Source: Heptranchias perlo
Lineage: Eukaryota
Assembly (NCBI RefSeq): GCF_035084215.1
Contig: NC_090350.1
Span: forward strand, 27,466,001-27,530,000
DNA: 64,000 nt
Direction of reading: 5' to 3'
In this document: positions 53,303 through 64,000 of the stretch, piece after piece
Layout of the letters: every line of letters starts with the position of its first letter
Position numbering within the stretch: the stretch's first letter is position 1
Position numbers and translations under genes: made by a program
Notes under the pieces: generated by a model
Databases searched by the model: none
What the model was told of the DNA's origin: nothing
Seen by the model: only the letters and a program-made list of their open reading frames with translations

Positions 53303-53524
53303 CTGCAGAGGGGAAAACAAATCAGCTAGCATAAGCGCACGATATTTCTTAATGTCCAGGCCCTTATACTATCACAATTTTCAATGAAGCCAATTTTCTA
53401 AAATATGGACAATTGTCATGGGATCAATTGTGGATATTTGTTTCATTAGCTCTCTCTTCAGTTTCATTTGTCGGCGGTGGTGGGGGGGGTTGCAGAGTAA
53501 AATCAAATAAAAATACAGACTTAC

Positions 53525-53591
53525 TCCCGTATTAAACATGAGATGAGCATTTGCAATAGCTTGAACAATACAACCACTTCCCATGTGGAAA
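53525..53591 (-). pseudogene. ODC-like pseudo-exon
   Basis: 67 nt FHMGSGCIVQAIANAHLMFNTG, 5 codons shorter than ODC1 [27 protein letters not shown]; AG and GTAAGT intact. Confidence 0.88.
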
Positions 53592-53671
53592 CTATAGGGA
53601 AAGAGGTGCTTGTTAGACCTCACACAAATCACACACATGTAATGATTATGCGATGGTTATTCTGGTCCTAC

Positions 53672-53806
53672 CTAACACCAATGACCTCCACATTCAAATG
53701 TCTTGCAGATTCCAGAAGATTCCTGCACATGTTTAAAGAGACTCCAAACTTTACACTCAAGGTCATAGATGCTTTGGAATTGTGTGTAGCAATGCAAAGC
53801 ACCATT
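53672..53806 (-). pseudogene. ODC-like pseudo-exon
   Basis: 135 nt MVLCIATHNSKASMTLSVKFGVSLNMCRNLLESARHLNVEVIGV; acceptor reads GG rather than AG; donor gtagga. Confidence 0.9.
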
Positions 53807-55834
53807 CCAAAAGAGACATTTTTTAAACTGTTCTTAGCAACAAATGCATTCTTATGGTTAAATGGATTTAAACTTAAACAGTTTTTGCTTCCAACAGAAT
53901 TAATCATGAAAGAAATTTTACCCCCATCAGTAACATTTGAAATTCAAGAATTCAACATGAAAAACAAGCACTACATATTTTTAAATTATGATTAACAAAG
54001 CCTAAAAGGCCATGGACCCATTAATCTGTGGGCTACTGATCCCAGTGTATGGGCCGAGATTGTGTCCACTGGGAACCTTGGTTTACCAGCAGCAGCCCCA
54101 GCTAAGATTTCCAGAGGACCTATCCCTTGTAAAGGGGGATGATTTTTACCTATGCAGGCTGTGTTCTTTGAGAGTCCAGGCAAGGACCAAAGCTGAATCC
54201 CGGGGTCGGCCCCACATCCACTAGCCAGGAGGGTTGCTTTCACTTGTTGTAGAGGCACCCAGCGGTTCCCAGCCTGGGAGTCCCCATCCCCTGGCCACAT
54301 CTCCTCTGATGCAGGGGTCCATATATGAAGTGAACAGAGGTTCCGCCCCAAATAAGGTCTCGTGGAAAGTAGCAGTGAGGACTGGGATACGGCATATCTG
54401 AATTCTGGCCTAATTCACAAGCCTTCTGCCACACTCCTACTCAACTTAATCCTAAAGGCCTGTAGATTTTTGGGACACATGGCTTTACTTTTTTATTTCC
54501 AGTACATCATAATGTTAAATGAAAGGAACAAAGACTGTGAAGGTACATTTTCAAGGAAATACCACTGGGTGAATCACAGTACACAGGTGAGGAGGAACAA
54601 GTGGTGGAGGCAGAAGATGTATGGCTGCCATCAAGACCCCCCTGTGATTACGTTGAGTAGCTGTGTTACAGTCCTGTTGCTGTTCAGCGGGAAATGAGAT
54701 GAAAATGCTGGCATGTGCTTGATGCACGTGTGGGTAACACATTGGTCAATACTGCAAATGCTCCCTATGTTAGCCTGGAATAGAATGAGGCAGAAAAATG
54801 GAGGGTGGTGATGACCTTGACTGCCACTGACAGTGACATCTCTCATGTGCAGGTTGGCCACAGGTGTTCTTGCAGCAGATGGCACTGCTCTGCAACTGGT
54901 TTGGTGCTGATCCAGCATCTGAGGAGGCAGGTCCCCTTGGTTACTGTCAGGTAGTTATGTCAGGACCTGCAGATATGGCTGATGGCATAATGCTGAATGT
55001 GGGCAGACCAGCGCTGACATCTGGTGATCTCCTTGGCATGCTTTCTTTCATCTGTACCATTTAAACATGAAATACTGCATTAGGGTGCTTTAAAACCAAA
55101 CCTTTTCATTAAATTTAACTTGACTTAGTGACTGCCACAGGACCTTAGCTTGCACTAGATTGCTTTGTTCCTCCTTGAGTTGAGGAAAGTTTGTATTCTG
55201 AAAACCACTTTTCATGTCCCCTCTTTTTCTAAGCTCTTTTAGTTCTGCTTAAGTCTTGTTGCGGCTTCAATTACAGTTGGCTTTTTCATTGATTCTGCAG
55301 ACATAATTCTGCTATTTTTGTTTCTACACTAACATTCCCTACATGTTCTAACCTCTGCCTGCCCCCCCTCCCCCATCAGAAATTTTTTAAAAAGACAAAA
55401 AACACAAAACCCAGCACTAAAATGGCACTGGAAAAATGAAAATAATAAAAAATATATTTATAATGTGTCTGCCCCATCACATGTGGAAGTTCCCTTTATG
55501 CCCATCCCCAGATGGGCAAGCAAAGTGCACATTGTGATCCACGCTAAATGGATGGAAAATTGGGTTTACCTTATTTATATCTATTTAAATTCAATATTAT
55601 AATTAAGCCCTCGAACATTTTGTGCTAGAGAATGTTAGGTCATTCATCTGAATTCCTGGTTCCCATTCACATGTTCCATACCAGTGAAACTGATCCTGCC
55701 AGCCAGAAAATTCCATGGTAATTTTGTACTCAAGGTTGTCCTAAGTTAATTAAACCTTTATTTTAAACACTTCAGCATTTACATGGTGTAGTTAATACCT
55801 TAATATCAAACCTAAGATCATGCAGTTAACTCAT

Positions 55835-55995
55835 TTGGCTGTAGGAGGCTCGTCACAACTTTGAATAGTTCAATCCATTGCCAGGTGGACTCCATGACTG
55901 GCAGCATATTTAATGTGAGAAATTTGATTGCGAGGGTTTGTATAAACAATTTTTTCTGCAGGAACACCAATATTCTGCACAAGCTCGATCTCACT
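55835..55995 (-). pseudogene. ODC-like pseudo-exon
   Basis: SEIELVQNIGVPAEKIVYTNPRNQISHIKYAASHGVHL, then deletion/frameshift (TGA 55872-55870), IELFKVV in another frame; donor reads atgagt instead of gtgagt. Confidence 0.9.
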
Positions 55996-56951
55996 CTGGT
56001 TGGAAAGAAGTCAGTTGCTTTATGATTCTGCAGTTTATCACAATTGTAATGAAATATTTCCAGCCTCACTTCAATCTACAGTACTATGGATACCATGGTC
56101 CAGGCATTCTACCTCCCCCACCCTCCACCAATTTAACCATGGATCTGGGGACAGGCAGAAGCAGAAAGTTACTCAGAAAAGCACATCGCTGTGTCCCCGT
56201 CTTTTCCAGGGGCTGGTTCCATTGGGGCATAACATATTCACCATACGGCCTTTGCTGTATTTCCCACAATTAGCACACGTCAAACTCTGGGCACATGGCC
56301 CACCTGTTAGGCCCTGCTGTCCAGCATTCAAAGGTCGGTGGAGAAGGCCTTCGGGACGAGAAGAGTGGCCTGTGCAAGCACTCTCAGAGCACAGCCATGT
56401 CCAGATGCAATCATTGAAAGATAACATTTTGTTGAGAAAATAAATTCTTAGAGGGAGCTCATTGGCTGCCCTTTTCTCCTGCTGTAGCAGCACCCCCCCC
56501 CCCCCCACCTCCTCCAAGGCCCACCACAGCAAGTCTCTCCCAGACTGGTGGAACTTCCCAATGGAGGCCAAAGAGCCTACCTTCCACATGTAAATGACAC
56601 CAAGACCATAAATAAAGCCAGAGTCAGGTAACTCCACATTCCTAATGGAGAGCAACACTCACACAGAGTACAAATCAGAGAACTGGAGCTACAATATTGC
56701 CATCCTAACTCCGATCCTTGCTCCTTGTGAGTTTGGTTCCCTTCTGGGAGCATGGAATAGCAAATTATCCTTTTGAAATGCAAAATAATTGCTAGGCAGT
56801 AATGACCGATATAACTGCAGAAATTCATACATTAAGACTAATTTGTAATGAGATGTCTAAGAAAATTGTATGTTTGTGTAAACACTACCAAGATTGAAAC
56901 TGTCTTTAAAACCAATTAACCATATCAATACAGCTTTTATTCAGATCCTAC

Positions 56952-57125
56952 CTGACTGGCACAATTGAAGCCAGCTCCCATTTCAGCAAGAGTCTTAACT
57001 ACTGGTTTGCTGTGTTTGCACTTTACAACATAAAAGGGCTTCACCTGGGGCAGTGCCTTCAACCATCATAACTGCTTTTTCACATTGTCACTCAAATCAG
57101 CAACAAAGAAAGCATCTTTGTGGTC
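56952..57125 (-). pseudogene. ODC-like pseudo-exon carrying the PLP-binding lysine
   Basis: 174 nt, AG/GT intact: [57 protein letters not shown]; TGA at 57068-57066 where ODC has Arg. Confidence 0.93.
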
Positions 57126-57164
57126 CTGTAGAGAATGAATATAATTGATCCAGTTTGAGGAGCT

Positions 57165-60100
57165 AGGGTCCAAATTAAAAAGCAGAACCTCAAAGGTTAT
57201 TACCTGAGCCATGCGCAAATTGGCATAGGGACAAATAGATTAGATGGTTAAATGTGTGGCTGAAAGAGTGGTGTGGGAAGCAGAGGTTTCAATTCATGGG
57301 GCACTGGCACCAGAACTGGGGAAAGAGGGAGCTGTTCCGTTAGGACGGGCTCCACTTAAACCGGGCTGGAACCGGTGTCCTGGCGAATTGAATAACTAGG
57401 GTGGTAGCTAGGGCTTTAAACTAATATTACGGGGGTGGCGGGGGGCGGGCGGTCAGGTAAAGGTAAATTTATAAGTCTAAAGAGAAAAGTCAGGGCTGTA
57501 GAGCAGAGAAGAGATTTGGGTAAAAACAAGCAGAGTGTGTCAGGAAGGGACAGAGAGTTTAACAAAGGTAATAGGGCATTAGTGACTAAGGTCACATCAG
57601 GGAAAAATAGCAAAAAGTTAAAATTAAAGGTGCTATATCTGAATGCATTTGTAACAAGATAAATGAATGAATGGCACAAATAGAGATAAATGGGTTTGAT
57701 CTAGTAGCCATTACTGAGATGTGGTTGCAGAGTGACCAAGGTTGGGAACTAAATATTCCAGGGTACTTGACTTTTAGAAAAGATATGGAAAAGGGTGGAG
57801 GCAGGAGGTGGTAGCCCTGATAATAAAGGATGAGATAAAGACAGTAGTGAGAAAGGATCTTAGCTCAGAAAATCAGGATGTAGAATCAGTATGGGTGGAG
57901 CTAAGAAATAACAGGGGGCAGAAACCGCTGTTGGGAGTAGTTATAGTGTTGGATAGAGTATAAATCAGGAAATTAGATGAGCATGTAACAAGGGTAATGC
58001 AATAATCATGGGGGACATTAATCTTCATATAGACTGGGCAAACCAAATTGGCAAAACTAGTTTGAAGGACGAGTTCATGGAATGCATTCGAGACAGTTTT
58101 CTAGAACAATGGGCACGATTTTAAAATGAAAGTGCGGGCGCAGTGGCCCTTTAAATCCAGACGCTCCAGCTGACAGCAGGTCATGCGGGTGCGCAGTCCG
58201 CCCTCTGCGCAGCTTTTGGACGGCAAACCCAGAAACAAGGTTAATGGCCACCAATTAAGTCGCGATCATGTGGGGAACAGTAAGATTTTAGTATTTGGGT
58301 TACCCGCGCGCCCGTTGAACCCCCCCCCCCACCCCCTGCGGTGCCAGCCCACAGCATTTTAAAATTCTATAATGTTGAGGAACCAACTAGGGAATAGGCT
58401 ATTTTAGATCTCGTATTGTGTAATGAGACAGGGTTGATTAGTAATCTTATAGTTAAGGATCCTTTGGGGCAGAGTGATTATAATATGATAGAATTTCACA
58501 TTGAGTTTGAGAGTGATGCAGTTAAATCCGAAACTAGGGTCTTAAATTTAAACAAAGCCAATTACGTAGGTATGAGGGGCGAGTTGGCTAAGGTGGATTT
58601 GGAAATTAGATTAAAAGGTATGATGGTAGATAAGTGATGGTGAATATTTAAAGAAATAATTCATAATTCTCAACGAATTGAGGAATAAAAGCTCCACAGG
58701 AAAGTGATTCAGCTGTGGCTAACTAGAGAAGTTAAGGATAGTATTAGATTAAAAGAAGATGCTTACAATGTTGCCAAAAAGAGTAGCAAGCCTGAGGATT
58801 GGGAGGGTTTCAGAAATCAGCAAAGGATGACCAAGAAATTGATGAAGAGGGACAAAATTGAATATGAGAGTAAACTAGCAAGAAATATGAGAACAGATTA
58901 AAAGAGCTTCTACAACTAAGTAAAAAGGAAGAGATTAGCGAAAGTAAACGTGGGCCCCTTAGAGACAGAGACAGGAGAAATTATAATGGTGAATAAGGAA
59001 ATGGCAGAGACATTAAACTAATATTTTGTATCTGTCTTCACAGTAGAAGACACAAAACACATACCGGAAATAGTGGAGAACCAAGGGTCTAATGAGAGAG
59101 AGGTACTTAAAGTAATTAAGATTAATAAAGATAAGTACTAAAAGCCAACAAATCTGGACCTGATGGCCTACATACTAGGGTTTTAAAAGAGATGGCTGCA
59201 GAGATAGTGGATGCATTGGTTTTGATATTCTAGAATCCATAGATTCTAGAATGGTCCCCATGAATTGGAAGGTAGCAAATGTAACCCTGCTATTCAAGAA
59301 AGGAGGGAGAGAGAAAAGAGGGAACTATAGGCTAGTTAGCCTGACATCAGTAGTAGGGAAAATGCTAGAATCTATTATTAAGGACATAGTAACGGGGCAC
59401 TTAGATAATCATAATATGATTAGGCAGAGTCAACATGGTTTTATGAAAGGGAAATCGTGTTTGACAAATTTATTAGAGTTTTTTGAGGGTGTAACTAGCA
59501 GGGTAGATAAGAGGGATCCAGCGGATGAAGTATATTTGGATTTTCAAAAGGCATTTGGTAAGTTGCCACACAAGAGGTTGTTACACAAGATTAGGGCTCA
59601 TGGGATTGGGCGTAATATATTAGCATGGATTAAGGATTGGTTAACGGACAGAAAACAGAGAGTAGGAATAAACGGGTCATTTTCGGGTTGGCAGGTTGTA
59701 ACTAGTGGTTGCTGCAAGAATCAGTGCTTGGGCCTCAGCGGTTTACAATATATATCAGTGACTTGGATGAGGGGATCGAGTGTGATGTATCCCAGTTTGC
59801 TGACGATACAGAGCTAGGTGGGAAAGTAAGCTGTGAGGAGGACGCAAAGAGGCTGCAAAGGGATATAGACAGGTTAAGTGAGTGGGCGAGAAGGTGGCAG
59901 ATGGAGTATAATGTGGGGAAATGTGAAATTGTCCACTTTGGTAGGAAGAATAGAAAGGCAGAATATTTTTCAAAAGGTGAGAGACTAAGAAATATTGGTA
60001 GTCAGAGGGATTTAGGTGTCCTTGTACACGAATCACAGAAAGTTAACATGCAGATACAGCAAGCAATAAGGAAGGCAAATGGTTTGTTAGCCTTTATTGC

Positions 60101-60712
60101 GAGGGGGTTGGAGTATAAGAATAAGGAGGTCGTGCTGCAATTATATAGGGCTCTGGTGAGACCACACCTGGTGTACAGTTTTGGTCTCCTTACTTAAGGA
60201 AGGATATACTTGCCTGAGAGGGCGTGCAACAAAGATTCACTGGATTGATTCCTGGGATGAGAGGGTTGTCCTATGAGGAGAAATTGAGTAGAATGGGCCT
60301 GTATTCTCTGGAGTTTAGAAGAGTGAGAGGTGATCTCATTGAAACGAATAAAATTCTTAGAGGGCATGACAGAGTAGGTGTTGAGAGGCTATTTCCCCTG
60401 GCTGGAGAGTCTAGAACTAGGGGTCATAGTCTCACGATAAGGGGTCGGCCATTCAGGACCAATATGAGGAAAAATTTCTTTACTCGGAGGGTTATGAATC
60501 TTTGGAATTCTCTACCCCAGAGGGCTGTGGATGCTCAGTCGTTGAGTGTATTCAAGATTGATAGATTTTTGGACACTAAGGGAATCAAAGGATATGGGGA
60601 TAAGGCAGGAAAGTGGAGTTGAGGTAGAAGATCAGCCATGATTTTATTGAATGGCGGAGCAGGCTTGAGGGGCCGTATGGTCTACTCCGGCTCCTTTTTC
60701 TTCTTGTTAAGT
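57165..60712 (+). mobile_element. Decayed long CR1 LINE (end of ORF1, ORF2, 3'UTR)
   Basis: DGLHLN esterase remnant; YLNA, SDYN, NYRLVSLTS, YLDFQKAF and FADDT pieces across frames with many stops; CR1-type 3'UTR. Confidence 0.9.
58111..58370. mobile_element. GC-rich MITE-like insert splitting the CR1 endonuclease region
   Basis: Interrupts FLEQ|(Y)VEEPTR; ends GATTTTAAAATG and CATTTTAAAATT are inverted; TSD not clean. Confidence 0.6.
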
Positions 60713-62510
60713 AACTTACATTTAAATTTCTACATGCTTACACCATCCACAGTTCTTGGTTTAATACATTATACATTGTTAAATAGTTCATGGTCTGAAT
60801 TCATGTTTGATAAAGGAACATTATTACTGAATATTTGAGAGCAATGCTGGACATTGAGCAACCTATACATTCAGCAGCAAATGCAGCAAATTCCAAGAGG
60901 GTATCCAACTAATGAAAGGAAAACATAAATGGGCATTTATTAGTTAAACAATCTCACAGTTAAGGAAGTGTACAGAAACTAAATTAAAGAGCTTTAGAGA
61001 ATTATGTGAATGAGTTGCATGTCAATGCACATTTTCAATTTGGAGTATCAACCTGTTCCTTATAGTGACAATAACCAGACACCAAGTATGGTTGACTGTT
61101 TTACTGCTAACAATAGCTAGAAATGGAGATCTTAAATTATTCAAGATCATGACTGTTGACAAAGAATTATTTTTACAAAATGAGCATGCTGATAGCAGTT
61201 TTGAAAAGGGATGGGGGACTAATGTTTGATGTCTATCAGTATAGGACTGAGGAGAGGTAGTTGAGTGTTCAGGACCTGGATTGGGAGGAAATTAAGGAAA
61301 GAGTTGATGAGTCTCATGATATGTAGATAGTTTGGCAGATTGGCTGTAGTATCACAATTGGTGATCTGACCAATAATGCCACATTTTAAATTAAAAATCT
61401 AAGCACTGAGCTATTGTTTGCTCACAATAAACTCACGGGATATCCAGTTATGAACAGAATGTACTTGAGTGTGGGTTTTATTGCAAATGGTTCTACTCAG
61501 ATTGACTGTAAACAACGTGGGTCCGTAAATTGCACCGAGCAGTGAACCAGCAGTGGTCGCCATTCATTAGATTTAAATTCACCCACTAATTTACCGCATT
61601 CTTTTTGGCAGCATCTTCCTTGAACGGTGAGTTCAAATAACATCAGCATTCTTTTCCGGGCTGTGTGAGTGGTGAAAGGATCTCTAAGGCCCCTCACCCA
61701 ATCAGTTTGAAGCAAGCCACGCTTTGAGAACCAGGAAGTGCAGTTCATTCACAAACCGCGCAAACTAAAAACCTGGATGTGCCCGACAAAGTATTATAAA
61801 ATGACATAAAGTGAAATAAAAAGAGGATAAGATTAAAATACTCAGATAAAAGCGACAGAGAAAAAGAGTTTTTTTTTAAATTAATTTTTTAATTTCAATT
61901 TTTTTTAAATGTCCAAAAACTATTAAAATCAGGAGTAATGAAACTCCACATTTTTTAAAAGTTAATTTTTAATGCCAGAGAGTTTGTTTGGCAGTTATTA
62001 AGACGTACCACGCTGTTAAAACTTAGTTTAGTCTTAAAAAAACTGAGTGGACCTGTTTTGTGGCGAGATTAGTTTGTTTCCAGCTGGGCAGGAGAGCAAG
62101 TTGGCACTAGTCCATTGATTCCAGCCAGTGATATCCCTTTAAGGCGAAGCTGTCACGTGGCCGGCATACCAGGAAAAGCAAGTTCCGGATTTCCACGTCT
62201 AATTGCGCATGTGCGGTCGCTGGATCTTGCTCTTCGATTCCTCCCTTAATAATGATGAGCGCTATTAGGCTCACTGTTATTTTAAAATCAATTTCTGGGC
62301 CATGGTGTAGTGTAGTATACTGCATTCCCAACCCCGCGACTCCCTTCTTTAATACAAACAAAAATTGCTGAAAGAAGTTAGAGAGACCATCACCTCTAGT
62401 ATTGTCATGGTAATAGACCAACTCGGTGTGGGGTGATAGCACACTGTCGCAATTGCTCAATGCAACTTTTCTACTGGGCTACTTCCACAAAACGGTGTCA
62501 ATCTGCGGGG

Positions 62511-63337
62511 TTTTTTTTATTCGTTCATGGGATGTGGGCGACGCTGGCAAGGCCAGCACTTTTTGCCCATCCCTAATTGGCCTTGAGAAAATGGTGGTGA
62601 GCCGCCTTCTTGAACCGCTGCAGTCCATGTGGTGAAGGTTCTCCCACAGTGCTGTTAGGTAGGGAGTTCCAGGATTTTGACCCAGTGACGATGAAGGAAC
62701 GGCGATATATTTCCAAGTCGGGATGGTGTGTGACTTGGAGGGGAATGCGCAGGTGGTGTTGTTCCCATGTACCTACTGCTCTTGTCCTTCTAGGTGGTAG
62801 AGGTCGCGGGTTTGGGAGTTGCTGTCGAAGAAGCCTTGGCGAGTTGCTGCAGTGCATCCTGTAGATGGTACACACTGCAGCCACAGTGCGCCGGTGGTGA
62901 AGGGAGTGAATGTTTAGAGTGCCAATCAAGCGGGCTGCTTTGTCCTGGATGGTGTCGAGCTTCTTGAGTGTTGTTGGAGCTGCACTCATCCAGGCAAGCG
63001 GAGAGTATTCCATCACATTCCTGACTTGTGCCATGTTGATGGTGGAAAGGCTTTGGGGAGTCAGGAAGTGAGTCACTCGCTGCAGAATACCCAGCCTCTG
63101 ACCTGCTCTTGCAGCCACAGTATTTATGTGGCTGGTCCAGTTATGTTTCTGGTCAATGGTGACCCTCAGGATGTTGATGGTGGGGGATTCGGCGATGGTA
63201 ATGCCTTGAATATCAATGGGAGGTGGTTAGATTCTCTCTTATTGGAGATGGTCATTGCCTGGCACGAATGTTACTTGCCACTTATCAGCCCAAGCATGGA
63301 TGTTGTCCAGGTCTTGCTGCATGCGGGCACGGACTGC
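62511..63337 (-). mobile_element. 5'-truncated LINE, same family as 11400-12384
   Basis: AQVRNVMEYSPLAWMSAAPTTLKKLDTIQDKAARLIG; A tail at 62511-62520. Confidence 0.9.
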
Positions 63338-63662
63338 TGCCCTGTGCATCCAAAACACGTTACAATGACATTGAGTCCAAGCAATAATCTCTTTATTGCA
63401 AAGGACCGCACAAGAAATAGTTTCTGCTGCAGTATTTCCCCCTCATCATTTTAGACATAAAAAAGCTGCACACAAAGATATCTGGCATGCAACATTGGAG
63501 GAGCAAGACCGAGGCAGTGCAAAATCGACACCTCCCCTGTTCCTGTGATACCTTCCCGGTTTTCCCTATTTATGGTAAACTTGTGATACTGTTGCTTTCT
63601 TCCATATTATAGATTTAGAACAATGATCTATTCTCACTTTAAGGTGACAGCCTCTAACTCAC

Positions 63663-63850
63663 ATTTGTCTCTTCATTGAGCCTCCTCGAATAACTTTTCT
63701 TCTGTCTGAGACCCGCTTCTATCGACTCCTTCTATGAGGTTTGCATATTTTCTTTTTTGTAAGCATCAAATGTTGTGATTTGTTCAACTTTCGTGGTCCT
63801 TACTGCTGTACATTCAGATTTTGTCAGATAGGTATGGCAGATGTTCATTC
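63663..63850 (-). pseudogene. ODC-like pseudogene, putative first coding exon
   Basis: tacag|GA ATG AAC... with in-frame TAG at 63734-63732; ends IEAGLRQKKSYSRRLNEETN|gtgagt in phase 0, weakly like ODC1 LDEGFTAKDILDQKINEVSSS. Confidence 0.45.
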
Positions 63851-64000
63851 CTGTACACTAAGACAAACCCACAGATATATATAAAACATACCGAAAAGAA
63901 GGGACAGCAAAAGACCAATTGGTCCACCTGAGTCTGTTCCATTCAATAATGTTGCAATGAATCAGCAAGACCCTCAATGCTTCCCTACCCACCAGCAACC

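Larger units (their letters stand above)
46367..63850 (-). pseudogene. Unprocessed ornithine decarboxylase / antizyme-inhibitor family pseudogene (10 coding-exon remnants)
   Basis: Collinear exon remnants with ODC motifs ([49 protein letters not shown]-terminal RINV) and ODC1-like exon sizes; multiple stops, frameshifts and splice-site losses. Confidence 0.9.

Noticed and set aside
54000-56720. GC-richer intronic patches with 100-160 aa ORFs (similar patch at 41320-42860)
   Set aside because: No convincing protein motifs outside the ODC pseudo-exon; probably decayed transposon sequence whose ends I cannot define.
46367-57125. In-frame TGA codons as selenocysteine or programmed recoding of the ODC-like gene
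   Set aside because: They replace Arg and Trp by single transitions and occur alongside frameshifts and dead splice sites; simple decay explains them.

Overview
Eukaryotic (vertebrate) genomic DNA, most likely a cartilaginous fish judging from its CR1/L2/Penelope/SINE repertoire (inference). The left two thirds hold coding exons 1-13 of a minus-strand cytoplasmic poly(A)-binding protein gene (PABPC4-type). All 13 exons have GT/AG boundaries in a continuous frame, and the gene runs off the left edge. Its promoter has a TATA box, a pyrimidine (5'TOP-like) start, an A-rich 5'UTR and one 3-codon uORF. Intron 7 contains a candidate 31-nt poison exon. Upstream on the same strand (46.4-63.9 kb) lies a 10-exon ornithine decarboxylase-family gene with ODC1-like exon sizes. 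It is broken by stops, indels and dead splice sites and the ORF track shows only fragments of it. Introns carry a near-full-length CR1 LINE with 68-bp 5' monomers, a 3.3-kb PIF/Harbinger transposon with TIRs and a CTG target-site duplication, a Penelope-like inverted repeat with an intact minimal hammerhead ribozyme core, many LINE/SINE fragments and two local duplications. No CRISPR, rRNA or true tRNA genes were found. I see no clearly new biological system; the best leads are the dead ODC paralog, the candidate poison exon, the hammerhead motif and the intron-like signals in the CR1 leader.
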